DNA from: Flavobacteriales bacterium
GTDB lineage: Bacteria; Bacteroidota; Bacteroidia; Flavobacteriales_F; PHOS-HE28
Direction: 5' to 3'
Length of the DNA: 61,980 nt
Assembly (NCBI GenBank): GCA_049289815.1
Contig: JBATMK010000285.1
Location: 1-61,980 of the forward strand
Every line of letters starts with the position of its first letter. Position 1 is the stretch's first letter. A program made the translations under genes and the position numbers. Under the pieces are notes generated by a model. The model worked only from the letters and a program-made list of their open reading frames with translations. It was not told where the DNA came from and did no database searches. Positions 29,376 to 40,100 of this stretch are shown piece by piece.

Positions 29376-29463
29376 CTTCGAGGCCAAAGCTAAGCAGCTA
29401 TGCAACGCGGGTGTTGCCCACATTCGCACCCCACCGCGACCCATCGTAGTGGCGAACCTTGGA

Positions 29464-29871
29464 ATGGATACAGCGCTTGTCACCTACCTCGGAAACCTTC
29501 GTTGCGAGGCCGTCCACCTGCGCAGCGGTCAACGCGTCGTAACCGATGCGCCACCAGATAACCAGGGCAAGGGTGAGGCCTTCAGCCCCTCAGACCTGAT
29601 GAGCACTTCGCTGGCCTGTTGCATGATGACCATCATGGGCATCGCCGCGCGGGACCGCGATCTGCCCCTGATGAACCTGGATGCCCGCGTGGTGAAGCAC
29701 ATGGCCAGCAACCCCCGCCGCGTGGAACGCATCGAAGTGCATATGGGAATGGATGGCGCCGGGCTGGATGAGAAGGCGCGCATGATCCTGGAACGCTCGG
29801 CCTATACCTGCCCTGTGGCGTTGAGCCTGCGCGAAGACCTCGTCCAGGAGATCACGTTCACCTACCGTTAA
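29464..29871 (+). CDS. OsmC/Ohr-family peroxiredoxin-like protein
   Basis: ATG 29464 (the track starts at GTG 29449). FSPSDLMSTSLACCMM...AYTCPVALSL, the two conserved Cys regions of OsmC. Confidence 0.8.
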   Translation: MDTALVTYLGNLRCEAVHLRSGQRVVTDAPPDNQGKGEAFSPSDLMSTSLACCMMTIMGIAARDRDLPLMNLDARVVKHMASNPRRVERIEVHMGMDGAGLDEKARMILERSAYTCPVALSLREDLVQEITFTYR

Positions 29872-29894
29872 CGGACCAATATCCGGGAATGCGA

Positions 29895-29921
29895 ATGCCC
29901 GCTCCTTGGGGAAGCGGGCAT
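29895..29921. terminator. Hairpin between the convergent osmC-like and small lipoprotein genes
   Basis: atgcccgct / agcgggcat 9-bp stem with a 9-nt loop. No clear U-tract. Confidence 0.35.
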
Positions 29922-29942
29922 CGGGATATGAAGGCGGTAAGG

Positions 29943-30071
29943 TTACACCCGTTCCGTGGCAGGAACCTGATGCACCTTGCCGTAGGCCGGGCAGCTATGC
30001 GTGTTGTTGCAGCTGCTCAACAGGGCAGCCACCACAACGATCACAGCCAGTACCAAAAGCGTCTTTTTCAT
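29943..30071 (-). CDS. Small lipoprotein (42 aa), below the ORF-track cutoff
   Basis: Hand translation: MKKTLLVLAVIVVVAALLSSCNNTHSCPAYGKVHQVPATERV*. Textbook lipoprotein signal (KK, hydrophobic core, LSSC). Replaces the implausible plus-strand track ORFs 29889..30101 and 29906..30133. Confidence 0.55.
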   Translation of the reverse strand: MKKTLLVLAVIVVVAALLSSCNNTHSCPAYGKVHQVPATERV

Positions 30072-30215
30072 CGTTCGTCCGTTCGTGCAGGTCAACCCTA
30101 GTTACGGGCCGCACCCGCGGTGGCCAAAGTTAGCCGTTCAACCATCGGATCTTTGAAAAGGTTTCAACACCATGATCGTGCATCTTTCGGCAGATGCCCG
30201 CCCACATGGACCGGG

Positions 30216-30920
30216 ATGTACCGAACACTCATGACGGACAACGCCAGCACAACGCCGGATATTGGTGAGGGTTGGTCGGAACGCATGGCGTCCGCGTTCG
30301 GGACATCCTCGTTCGCCGTGTTGAAAGCCTTCCTCGTCGAGGAACGAACCCGGTACACGGTGTTCCCAAAGGGCAAGGACATTTTCAATGCCTTCCGGCT
30401 CACCCCCTTCGACCATGTTTCAGTAGTGATCCTGGGACAGGACCCTTACCACGGTCCGGGGCAGGCTCATGGCCTTTGCTTTTCAGTGCCGGATGGGGTA
30501 CCCCATCCCCCTTCACTGGAGAATATTTTCAAGGAACTGGAGCGCGACTTCGGAAGGCCGCGTCCTGCGAGTGGTGACCTGAGCCATTGGGCCGCACAAG
30601 GGGTGCTCCTGCTGAACGCCACACTCACCGTTCGCGCCCACAGCGCCGGTTCGCACCAGAACAAGGGCTGGGAGCAGTTCACCGACACTGCCATACGTGC
30701 GCTGGCCACCGAGCGTGAGGGGATCGTCTTCCTCCTGTGGGGCCGATACGCCCAGAACAAGGAGGTGTTGATCGACACGGATCGCCATTATGTCCTGAAG
30801 GCGCCGCATCCCTCTCCCCTTTCCGCGCACCGCGGCTTTATCGGCTGCGGGCATTTCAGCACCGCCAACAGCATCCTGCAAGCGCAGGGCAAAACACCCA
30901 TTGCGTGGCTGCCGAAGTGA
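30216..30920 (+). CDS. ung: Uracil-DNA glycosylase (family 1)
   Basis: Track ORF 30120..30920 trimmed to ATG 30216 (ATG 30231 is equally possible). [37 protein letters not shown]. Confidence 0.88.
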   Translation: MYRTLMTDNASTTPDIGEGWSERMASAFGTSSFAVLKAFLVEERTRYTVFPKGKDIFNAFRLTPFDHVSVVILGQDPYHGPGQAHGLCFSVPDGVPHPPSLENIFKELERDFGRPRPASGDLSHWAAQGVLLLNATLTVRAHSAGSHQNKGWEQFTDTAIRALATEREGIVFLLWGRYAQNKEVLIDTDRHYVLKAPHPSPLSAHRGFIGCGHFSTANSILQAQGKTPIAWLPK

Positions 30921-32641
30921 TCCTTGCATTTCGATGGAAGCGGGTGCTGTCCTCGTGCATCGCCGCGATCCTGTTCTGTCCCCTGATCGCCCAGAGGACT
31001 TCCCTTGAATTCGAAGCCGACGGTCCCCTGCCCAAACGTTTTCGGGTCAAGTTGGAGCTGAAGATCGGGGCGGAGGTGAATGCCGTCCAACGGAATGCCG
31101 TTGTCCAACTCCAACGCGCTGGTCATTTGGAAGCCGCCGTCGATGGTTGTTCGGGCGATATCTCGGTCATGCACTGCCGGCTGCACGTCGGGCCGTTGTA
31201 TGCATGGGCCCGGTTAAAAGCGACCGGGACCGATGCGGTGATCGCAGCGGATGCGCGGTTCCGCGAACGCATGTTCAATGGAAAGCCGATATCGCCCGAT
31301 GGGGTGGCGACCTTGTTCGAGGATGTATTGGAGTATTGCAGCACGCATGGTTATCCGTTCGCCCGGGTGAAGTTGGACAGCCTGCAACCAACGGCTGACG
31401 GCCTGCAGGCCGCGTTGGTGATCGATAAGGGCAGGCAAGTGAAGATCGACAGCGTGGTGGTGAAGGGCACAGCCAAAACCGGCCTGCGGTACCTGCATGC
31501 GCACATCGGGGTTAAGCCCGGCGACCTGTACAATGAACATGCGATCGCCAATGTTGAAATGCGCATCCGGGAACTTGCTTTCGTGCAACAGAAGCAACGG
31601 CCCTATGTGCAGTTCATGCCCGAGCAGACCAAGCTCTATCTCTTCCTCGATGGACGCAAAGCCAGCTCAGCGAACGGCATCATCGGCCTGCAGCCCGATG
31701 CGGTCACCGGCAAGGTCACCTTCACCGGCGATGTGGACCTGCGGCTGCGCAACGCACTGCGCAGGGGTGAGGCCATTGAACTCAACTGGCGCAAGCTCCA
31801 GGACAAGACCCAGGACCTGCGCATGCGGCTCAACATTCCCTTCCTCTTCAATACGCCGTTCGGCACGGAACTCACACTGAAGATCTTCCGCCGCGACACC
31901 ACCTTCCTGGAAGTGAACGCACGTGGTGCCATCGAATACCTGCTCCCGCTGGGCGACAAGCTGAGCGTGTTCGTGAACAATAAAAGCAGCAAGCGTCTGG
32001 GGCGCACCACCCTTGCCATACCGGGCCTCGCCGATGTACAACTGCTGAGCTATGGGCTGGGTGTTGCACGCGAGCGGCTGGACTACCGTTTCAACCCGCG
32101 CAAAGGGCATGCGGTCACGGTTGACGGCAGCGTGGGCAACAAACGGAGCAGCACGGCGGTGTTCGGTGAAGCACAGAGCGACGCGACGGAAATGGAAAGC
32201 CTGCAAGTGGAACTCAACGGCAACGTGGTGGTGCACCTGCCCATCAAGCGGCGCAGCACAGTGCGCCTGGCCGGACAGGGTGGATGGATGGCGAACGAGA
32301 CATTGTTCAGCAACGAGTTGTACCGCATCGGTGGGTTGAAGAGCATGCGTGGTGTCGATGAGGCTTCCATCTTCTGCTCGGCGTTCGCCATAGGCACGTT
32401 GGAGTACCGGTTCCTGTTCGAGGAGAACGGCAACTTCTTCACCTTCCTCGATATGGGCTGGTGGGAAGACCAGAGCAAGGAAGAGCGCTTCGAGGATGAT
32501 CCGGTCGGCTTCGGTATCGGGGCGAGCTTCGAGACCAAGGCGGGGATCTTCGGTCTCACGTATGCGCTTGGCCAGCAATTCAGCAACCCCATCGACCTGC
32601 GCGCAGGCAAAGTGCACTTCGGCTTCACCAGCTTGTTCTGA
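30917..32641 (+). CDS. Omp85/BamA-family outer-membrane protein (POTRA + surface antigen barrel)
   Basis: Track ORF 30737..32641 overlaps ung, so I place the start at in-frame GTG 30917 (overlapping the ung stop). GTG 30944 is also possible. Signal ...FCPLIAQ. C-terminal [14 protein letters not shown]...[11 protein letters not shown]. Confidence 0.75.
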   Translation: MILAFRWKRVLSSCIAAILFCPLIAQRTSLEFEADGPLPKRFRVKLELKIGAEVNAVQRNAVVQLQRAGHLEAAVDGCSGDISVMHCRLHVGPLYAWARLKATGTDAVIAADARFRERMFNGKPISPDGVATLFEDVLEYCSTHGYPFARVKLDSLQPTADGLQAALVIDKGRQVKIDSVVVKGTAKTGLRYLHAHIGVKPGDLYNEHAIANVEMRIRELAFVQQKQRPYVQFMPEQTKLYLFLDGRKASSANGIIGLQPDAVTGKVTFTGDVDLRLRNALRRGEAIELNWRKLQDKTQDLRMRLNIPFLFNTPFGTELTLKIFRRDTTFLEVNARGAIEYLLPLGDKLSVFVNNKSSKRLGRTTLAIPGLADVQLLSYGLGVARERLDYRFNPRKGHAVTVDGSVGNKRSSTAVFGEAQSDATEMESLQVELNGNVVVHLPIKRRSTVRLAGQGGWMANETLFSNELYRIGGLKSMRGVDEASIFCSAFAIGTLEYRFLFEENGNFFTFLDMGWWEDQSKEERFEDDPVGFGIGASFETKAGIFGLTYALGQQFSNPIDLRAGKVHFGFTSLF

Positions 32642-33247
32642 ATGCTATCCAGGTCCATCGCCATTTTTCTGGTCGCACTCCCGCTTTTCTCCTTGTCCCA
32701 GGTGAGACCGCGCCAACAGGGCCTTGCCGATTTGCTCCTCGAGTATTTCGATGCGCGCTATCCGATGTACGTGCCATCGCCGGACATGCTTTACGTGAGT
32801 GTGCAACGCCAGCGGATGTACCATGTGCACGACGGCCGGATGCAGCGCGAGTACATCATCAGCACCAGTGTAAAAGGCCTTGGTTCAGTCGACGGCAGCC
32901 AATGCACACCCGAAGGATTGCACCGCATCGCTGAGAAGATCGGCCAGGGCGTGCCGGCGGGTGGCTTGCTGCAGGACCGGGCGTTCGCCGGCCGGTTCGC
33001 CGATGCAACACGCAACGAGGACCAGATCACCGCGCGCATTCTCTGGTTGGAGGGCATGGAACATGGGCACAACATCGGCGAGGGGAAAGACTCCTACGCG
33101 CGCGCCATCTACATCCACGGAACCCCGTTCGAAGATGAGCTCGGGCAGCCCGCATCGCACGGCTGCATCCGCATGGCCGATGGGGACATCATCCCATTGT
33201 TCGATCGCGTGCCCGTCGGAACACTGGTGATCATCCTGGACAACTGA
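32642..33247 (+). CDS. L,D-transpeptidase (YkuD) family protein
   Basis: 201 aa. Signal peptide. Catalytic IHGTP...ASHGCIRM. Confidence 0.85.
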   Translation: MLSRSIAIFLVALPLFSLSQVRPRQQGLADLLLEYFDARYPMYVPSPDMLYVSVQRQRMYHVHDGRMQREYIISTSVKGLGSVDGSQCTPEGLHRIAEKIGQGVPAGGLLQDRAFAGRFADATRNEDQITARILWLEGMEHGHNIGEGKDSYARAIYIHGTPFEDELGQPASHGCIRMADGDIIPLFDRVPVGTLVIILDN

Positions 33248-33271
33248 GCACCGGGCTACCTTTCGCCCTCG

Positions 33272-34591
33272 ATGAACAGCGCCCTTGTCCTTCTGCTGGT
33301 CGGCATTGCCGCGGGTTGCGCCCTGGCTTGGATCCTGTTGCGCGGAAAGTCGAAGGGCCTTTTGGACCAATTGGCGGCGAATCACGCACGTGATATGGAA
33401 GAGAAGGACCGGCGGATCCAGGAGCAACGTTCGGACCTTCAACAACGCGATATCGACCTGCGCAGCACGGAACAACGGCTGGCCGCTGAACTGGCGAAAG
33501 CCGAGGCCCGCGAGGAGAAGTTGAGGGAGCAGGCTGTGTACATCACCGAGCTGAACGAACGGATGAAAGGCGAATTCAAGCTGATCGCCAACGAGTTGCT
33601 GGAAGCAAAAGGCAAACAGCTGAACGAGCGCCAGAAGGAATCACTCGAATCCGTGCTGAACCCCTTGAAGGAGCGGATCAAGGAATTCGAGGAGCAGGTG
33701 CGCAAGAGCTATGATGAGGAAGGGAAGCAGCGCTTCGCGCTGAAGCATGAAGTGGAGAAGCTCCTGCAGCAGAACATGCGCCTGAGCCAGGACGCAGAAA
33801 ACCTGACGAAGGCCTTGCGCGGCGACAGCAAGACCCAAGGCGATTGGGGCGAAATGATCCTGGAGCGCCTGCTCGAAAGCAGCGGGCTCACCCAGGGCGT
33901 GGAGTACACCTTGCAAACGAGCACCACGCTCACCGATGGTTCACGCTTGCGTCCGGACGCCGTGATCAACCTCCCCGGCGGGAAGCATATCATCATCGAC
34001 GCCAAGGTGTCGTTGACGCATTACGAACGGTACGTGGCTGCCACCGACGAGGAGGAACGGGAACGCATGGCCAAGTCCCACACCGACAGCATGCGAATGC
34101 ACATGAAGGGCCTTTCGGAGAAGGATTACCCCAAGCTCTTCGGGATATCGGCACCGGAGTTCGTGTTCATGTTCGTGCCTATCGAGAGCGCCTTCAACCT
34201 GGCCCAGCTGACACGTCGCACGCTGGTGCAGGAGGCGATCGATCAGCGGATCTACATCGTTACGCACAGCACTTTGCTTTCCAGCTTGAAGCTCTTCCAC
34301 AACATCTGGAAGAACGAACGCATCGCTCAGAACCACTTGGAGATAGCGGAGCGAGCGGGCGCGCTTTACGAGAAGTTCGTGGGTTTCACCGAGGACCTCG
34401 GGCGTATCGGGAAGAACGTGGCCGATGCCACGGAGAATTACCAGAAAGCCTTGGGCAAACTCAGTGAAGGACCGGGCAACCTGGTGCGCCAGGTGGAACT
34501 GATCAAGAAGCTCGGTGCAAAGACCAACAAGAACCTGCACCCGAAGCTCCTCGAACGATCCTTGGAGGAAGAGAGCAGCACAGGAGCATGA
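33272..34591 (+). CDS. rmuC: DNA recombination protein RmuC
   Basis: 439 aa. N-terminal TM, coiled coil, then GDWGEMILERLLESSGL, PDAVINLPGGKHIIIDAKV, FVFMFVP. Confidence 0.9.
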   Translation: MNSALVLLLVGIAAGCALAWILLRGKSKGLLDQLAANHARDMEEKDRRIQEQRSDLQQRDIDLRSTEQRLAAELAKAEAREEKLREQAVYITELNERMKGEFKLIANELLEAKGKQLNERQKESLESVLNPLKERIKEFEEQVRKSYDEEGKQRFALKHEVEKLLQQNMRLSQDAENLTKALRGDSKTQGDWGEMILERLLESSGLTQGVEYTLQTSTTLTDGSRLRPDAVINLPGGKHIIIDAKVSLTHYERYVAATDEEERERMAKSHTDSMRMHMKGLSEKDYPKLFGISAPEFVFMFVPIESAFNLAQLTRRTLVQEAIDQRIYIVTHSTLLSSLKLFHNIWKNERIAQNHLEIAERAGALYEKFVGFTEDLGRIGKNVADATENYQKALGKLSEGPGNLVRQVELIKKLGAKTNKNLHPKLLERSLEEESSTGA

Positions 34592-35898
34592 ACATCCATC
34601 GCCCCGGATCGACCAGTAAGGCAGCGGTGTTCCCGATGCTCTTGCTCCTAACACTGCTTCTGGCACTTCCCGCCTGCCGCACGCAGAAACGCGCTGTGGT
34701 GCGCGACAACTTCAGTTGGCTTTACGGTGCCGATGCCAACTCCCTCCAACTCGATGCCCGTGTCTATCATTCCTCTGAAGAGCGCACGGTGGTCTACTTC
34801 AAACTGCGGACGTCGGATCTGCTCTACAAGAGCGATGGACAAGGCGGCCCCTATCGAAGCAATGTGCGCATCACCTACGTCGCATACGCCGACCGCAAAT
34901 GCACGGAGATGCTGGACAGTGCCAGCACCTTGGTGCGCGACCAAGCGGGCGAGCCCGGTGAGGACAAAGACCTGATCGGGAGCATGGAGCTGCGGCGCGT
35001 GTCCTCGCAGACGTTCCACCTGCTCGTTACCGCCCGTGATCTTTACCGCGAAACGGCCAGCAGCGTGTTGATACCGATCGTTGCCGAACAGGTCGGCGGC
35101 CGCCAGAACTTCCTGCCCGAGGATCCGGCAACCGGCCTGCCATGGTTCAGTGATCACCTGCCCGGACCCCGCACCGTGCGCGTCCGCTGCGAGCGTTACG
35201 CAGGCCTGATCCTCCACGGATCACACCATACACCCACCGACCGCCTGCCCGCACCGGTCTTTGCCTCTTCGGCCACTCCTGTTACCGACCCACCGGGCGA
35301 TAGCACCTTCACCTTGAACGTGGGGACCGACGGCACGTTCACCTTCGACGCCCAGCGCAGCGGCTTCTACCACTTGCGGGTCGATGCTGAGTCGCAGACC
35401 GGGTTCACCTTGTTCGTGCTCGACGACACGTATCCATATGTGCGCACCGGAAAGGACATGCTGAGCCCCTTGCGTTACATCACCAGCTTGCAGGAACACG
35501 ATAAGCTGCGCACCGCACCCGACGTGCGCAAGGCGGTGGAGCGTTTTTGGATCGACGCCAATGGTAACAAGGACCGCGCGCGTGAAGCTATCGCCACCTA
35601 TTACGGGCGGGTGGAAAGCGCCAACCGTCATTTCACCGGCAGTACCGAAGGATGGAGGAGCGACCGGGGATTGGTGCACATCATCTTCGGCGTGCCCAAC
35701 AATATCCAACTGGGCGAATACGGCGAGACCTGGGTGTACGGCGAGGATGCCAACATGATGAACCTGAGTTTCACCTTCACCAAGCGCAACGGACCGTATT
35801 CCGATAACGATCTTGCCTTGGACCGCGATCCGGCTTTCAAGGGGGCTTGGTACCGCAACGTCGAAAGCTGGCGCAACGGCCGCATCCGCGGGAATTGA
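34588..35898 (+). CDS. GWxTD-domain protein (lipoprotein)
   Basis: 436 aa. Lipobox LPAC. C-terminal FWIDANGNKDRAREAIATYYGRVESANRHF...GWRSDRGLVHIIFGVP matches the GWxTD domain pattern. Confidence 0.75.
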   Translation: MNIHRPGSTSKAAVFPMLLLLTLLLALPACRTQKRAVVRDNFSWLYGADANSLQLDARVYHSSEERTVVYFKLRTSDLLYKSDGQGGPYRSNVRITYVAYADRKCTEMLDSASTLVRDQAGEPGEDKDLIGSMELRRVSSQTFHLLVTARDLYRETASSVLIPIVAEQVGGRQNFLPEDPATGLPWFSDHLPGPRTVRVRCERYAGLILHGSHHTPTDRLPAPVFASSATPVTDPPGDSTFTLNVGTDGTFTFDAQRSGFYHLRVDAESQTGFTLFVLDDTYPYVRTGKDMLSPLRYITSLQEHDKLRTAPDVRKAVERFWIDANGNKDRAREAIATYYGRVESANRHFTGSTEGWRSDRGLVHIIFGVPNNIQLGEYGETWVYGEDANMMNLSFTFTKRNGPYSDNDLALDRDPAFKGAWYRNVESWRNGRIRGN

Positions 35899-35904
35899 AC
35901 AACG

Positions 35905-36645
35905 ATGAAAGAAGAGCTGGTGGCCGGAATACGGCCCGTGACCGAGGCCTTGGCCGCCAACCGCAACATCGAGAAATTGCTGGTGCGGCGGGACAGTGGT
36001 CATGCTGCGCTGCGCGAGATCAAGCAACTGGCCTTGGAACGCGAGATCCCGTGGCAACCAGTGCCATTGGAAAAGTTGGACCGAATGACCACCACCGAAC
36101 ACCAAGGCGTGATCGCCTTGTTGAGCCCGGTGGAAGAACAGAACCTGGACGAGGTGATCGCGCGGGCCTACGAGCGTGGTGAGACCCCCTTGATCGTGGC
36201 CCTGGATGGCGTAACGGATGTGCGCAACGTGGGCGCCGTATCGCGTAGCGCCGAGTGTTTCGGTGCGCATGCCGTGCTGGTTCCCAAACAAGGGAGCGCA
36301 CGTCTGGGAAGTGATGCCGTGAAAAGCAGCGCCGGTGCATTGTTGCGCGTGCCCGTTTGCAGGGCCATGGACTTCAGTGGTGCGCTGAAACGGGCACAGG
36401 AACATGGTTTGCGCATCGTGGCGTGCACTGAGAAGGGTTCGGGGGAAGTCGGGGAAGCCGACCTGCGCGGTCCACTCGTTCTGGTGATGGGCGCCGAGGA
36501 TACGGGGGTAAGCCCCCAAGTGCTCCGGCTGGCCGAGGATCTGGTGCGCATACCCATGATCGGCAGCATCGGCTCGCTGAACGTGAGCGTGGCCACGGGT
36601 ATCGCCCTGTACGCCGCGCTGAAGCAGCGTGCTGCAAAGGGCTGA
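35905..36645 (+). CDS. rlmB: 23S rRNA (guanosine-2'-O)-methyltransferase RlmB (SpoU/TrmH family)
   Basis: 246 aa. HQGVIA, LDGVTDVRNVGAVSRSA, LVMGAEDTGVS, IPMIGSIGSLNVSVATG. Confidence 0.85.
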   Translation: MKEELVAGIRPVTEALAANRNIEKLLVRRDSGHAALREIKQLALEREIPWQPVPLEKLDRMTTTEHQGVIALLSPVEEQNLDEVIARAYERGETPLIVALDGVTDVRNVGAVSRSAECFGAHAVLVPKQGSARLGSDAVKSSAGALLRVPVCRAMDFSGALKRAQEHGLRIVACTEKGSGEVGEADLRGPLVLVMGAEDTGVSPQVLRLAEDLVRIPMIGSIGSLNVSVATGIALYAALKQRAAKG

Positions 36646-36776
36646 GAGCCTCACCCAAGGCACGAGTGCTTTTGAACTCATCGGGGAACGGAGGGTGCCG
36701 GTCGATAACCTTTAAGGCCTTGGTCCGGTAGAAAGGCCGCTTTGGTGGGAATACTCTGCCCACCCGAGCGGAACCG

Positions 36777-37160
36777 ATGAACTACCTCAACCTGGACAAG
36801 ACCCTCTTGCGCACCTGCGCTTTCCTGTGCCTGCTCTTCCTGCTCGGCGGCTTTGCGGCCAATGCCCAAACAGCAGCGCCGACCAGCATAACCCTACGCA
36901 TCGATGGCCTATCCAACGATGAACGGGACGCCCTGAACCAGCAATTGGTCCAACGCGGCGATGCACGCATCGCGTTCGCCTGCATCCCCGCAGGCATCAT
37001 CGTTCTGCAAGCTACGGATGCGGACCGGTCCACGGACAGCCTGCGCCTGCGTGCGCTGCCAGGCCTGCTTGCCAGTGTGGCTCCCGGTCGCATTCACGAA
37101 GAACCCGGTACGGTGAACGAAGCAGAACTGATCTGCGCGAACGCCCGGAACAACCGCTGA
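36777..37160 (+). CDS. Hypothetical small secreted protein (127 aa), 3 nt upstream of the giant adhesin gene
   Basis: Signal peptide CAFLCLLFLLGGFAANAQ. Mature part about 95 aa with two Cys. No motif recognised. Confidence 0.6.
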   Translation: MNYLNLDKTLLRTCAFLCLLFLLGGFAANAQTAAPTSITLRIDGLSNDERDALNQQLVQRGDARIAFACIPAGIIVLQATDADRSTDSLRLRALPGLLASVAPGRIHEEPGTVNEAELICANARNNR

Positions 37161-37163
37161 TCC

Positions 37164-40100
37164 ATGGTCCCAAGCCCTTCGATCCCCACCAGCGCCAGGG
37201 CCAACCGCCTTGGCTTTGCCCTTTCCGCGATCGCCGTCCTGGTCGCCGGTGCGGGGCAAGCCCAACTCGTGGTCAGCACCCAGACCAACCTGCAGCAACT
37301 GGCCCAAGCGATAACCGGTCCCGGTGTGTTGATCAGCAATCCCGCCATCACATGCCATTCGCAGGGCTATGGCGAATTCACCTATACCGGATCGGCCTTG
37401 TCCGTGAGCAACGGGGTGATCCTTACCACCGGTCGCATGACCGATGCACCCGGTCCGAACAACAACGGCGGCTCCAATTGGTTCGCGCAGAACACCGCCG
37501 GCGATCCCTTGCTCGATGCTGTCACAAGCCGCACCACGCGGGACGCATGCAAGTTCGAATTCGATATCATTCCTGCCGGCGACAGCCTTCAGTTCGACTT
37601 CGTGTTCGGCTCCGAGGAGTACAACGAGTGGGTGGGCTCCCAGTTCAATGACGTGTTCGGCTTCTTCATCACCGGTCCCGGCATCGTTGGGGATCCCGGT
37701 GCCGGCGGCGCTCACAACATCGCGCTCGTCCCCGGCACGGCAACGCCAGTGACGATCAACAACGTGAACAACGGCAGCAATAGCGCCTATTACCAGGACA
37801 ACACGGGCGGCACCTCCACTCAATATGATGGCTACACCGTTGGCCTTTCGGCGAAGACGGCTGTAACCGCCTGTTCCTCCTACCACTTGAAGTTGGTGGT
37901 GGCTGACGCTACCGATCGCAAATACGATTCGGGCGTGTTCATCGACCAAGTGCGCAGCAGCACGGTAACCATGAGCAGCTTCACGCTGAACGGTGGCACG
38001 GACCTGATCGAGGGTTGCAATCCGGGTTGGGTCCGCTTCACTCGTACCCCTGTGACCCCTTTGCCCCTGGTGCTTCAGTACTACATCCAGGGCACAGCGA
38101 TCAATGGCACCGACTACACGGCCATCGCACCGATCAACCCGCTCCTCCCGAAAACCATCACGATCCCGGCCAACCAGGCCTTCGTCGATCGCCCGGTGGA
38201 TCCACCTGCGGATGCGATCAATGAACCTACCGAGACCTTGAAGTTCATTCTCGGGAACCCCGATTGCCCAGGCCAGACCCTCGACTCGTTGGTCTTCAAC
38301 TTGAGGGATACCATCCTGGCAACGGTAACCCCGATAAGCGCGATCATTTGCCAAGGTGAATCACAGCAATACGCCATTTCCGGCGGCAGCACTTTCCTCT
38401 GGTCACCGGCCGGCTCGTTGGACGATCCCACTAGTGCCACACCCATCGCCTCGCCGACAAGCACTACAACGTATACCATTCAGATCAACGACGGTGTTTG
38501 CTCGCGCACGTACAACAGGTTGTTGCGCGTAAGCCAACTGGCCTTGAGCGCCGTGCTCACGAACCCGCTCTGCAACGGCAACAACAATGGTGCGATCAAT
38601 TTGAGCACCGCTGGAGGCTACGCACCATACAGCTATAGCTGGACCGGTCCCGGTGGGTTCACGGCGAATTCACAGGACATCAGTGGCCTTGTTGCGGGCA
38701 CTTACACCGTTACGGTAACGGATGCCGCTTGCACCCGCACGCAGAGCTTCAACCTCATTGCACCGACGACGCTCACGGCGAACCTGGCGCCAGCGATCCT
38801 TGCCTTCGGACAGAACATAGCCTGCTTCGGCGGTAGCACCGGTAGCATCGATGCAACGGTCGCCGGTGGAACGGGGCCGTACATGACGTCTTGGACCGGA
38901 CCGAACGGCTTTACAAGCAGCAGCGTCGATATCGCTGGTCTGCAAGCGGGCACGTACACGTTGAACGTGACCGATGCGCATGGCTGCATGGTCAGCGCGA
39001 ATACCTCGCTGACGCAGACCACCGAGATGGATGCAACCATCGGCGCAACGACGAGCGTGATCTGCTTCGGTGATGGACTGGGCAGTGCGAGCGTTGGTGT
39101 TACCGGTGGGGTGCCTCCGTACGGATATGCTTGGACAAGTGTGCCCGTGCAGAATGCAGCCCTTGCGACCGGTCTACCGGTCGGCGGCTACACCGTTACC
39201 GTTACAGATGGCTACAACTGCAGCACTACGGCCGTTGCTGCCATCACCGGGCCAACACAAGCATTGGCCGCGAACATCGCGGTGCAAACGAACGTGTCGT
39301 GCACGGGCGCAAATACCGGCAGCGCCATCATCAACGCGTCGGGCGGAACGGCACCGTACTCATTCGGCTGGAACACCGTGCCCGTACAAACCGGTGCCAA
39401 CGCGACCAACCTCGCCGCAGGCACATGGACATGCACCGTTACGGATGCCAATGGTTGCACCACCACTCAAGCCGTGATCATCACCCAACCCGCAACTGCG
39501 ATCAGCGCATCGCTCTTCGCGCAAACCGATGTTCTGTGCCGTGGAAACACCACAGGTAGCGCAACAGCGAGCGCAAGCGGCGGGGTTGGTCCTTACAGCT
39601 ATAGTTGGAACACCGTGCCCGTGCAAAACGCAGCCACGGCTTCCGGCTTGGCAGCCGGCAGCTACACATGCTCCGTTGCCGACGTGAACGGTTGCTCAAC
39701 GACAGTGAACGTTACGATCACCCAGCCAGCCGCTTCTTTGAGCGCAAGCATCAGCGCGAGCACGAACGTGCTCTGCTTCGGCAACAACACGGGAAGCGCA
39801 ACCGTGAACGCCAGCGGGGGCACCGCACCCTACACCTACAACTGGAACAGCGCACCAGTGCAGACCGGTGCCACCATGAGCAACGTACCTGCAGGCAACT
39901 ACACGTGCACCGTCACCGATGCGAACGGATGCAGCACCACGGCCAACACCACGATCACACAACCAGCGGCTGCGTTGAACGCGAGCGTGAGCGCGCAAAC
40001 CAACGTGCTCTGCTTCGGCAACAGCTCGGGCAGCGCGACCGTGAGCCCCTCCGGCGGTACCGCCCCCTACGGTTACTCATGGACGAGCGTACCGGTCCAG

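Noticed and set aside
29889-30133. Plus-strand track ORFs of 70 and 75 aa between osmC-like and ung
   Set aside because: Their sequence is Arg/Pro/Gly-rich and implausible. The opposite strand encodes a textbook 42-aa lipoprotein over the same DNA.
35221-36681. 486-aa minus-strand ORF
   Set aside because: It is antisense to the GWxTD and rlmB genes and spans their intergenic gap. The sequence is nonsense-like and His/Gly/Ala/Gln-rich. The plus-strand genes carry recognisable motifs.
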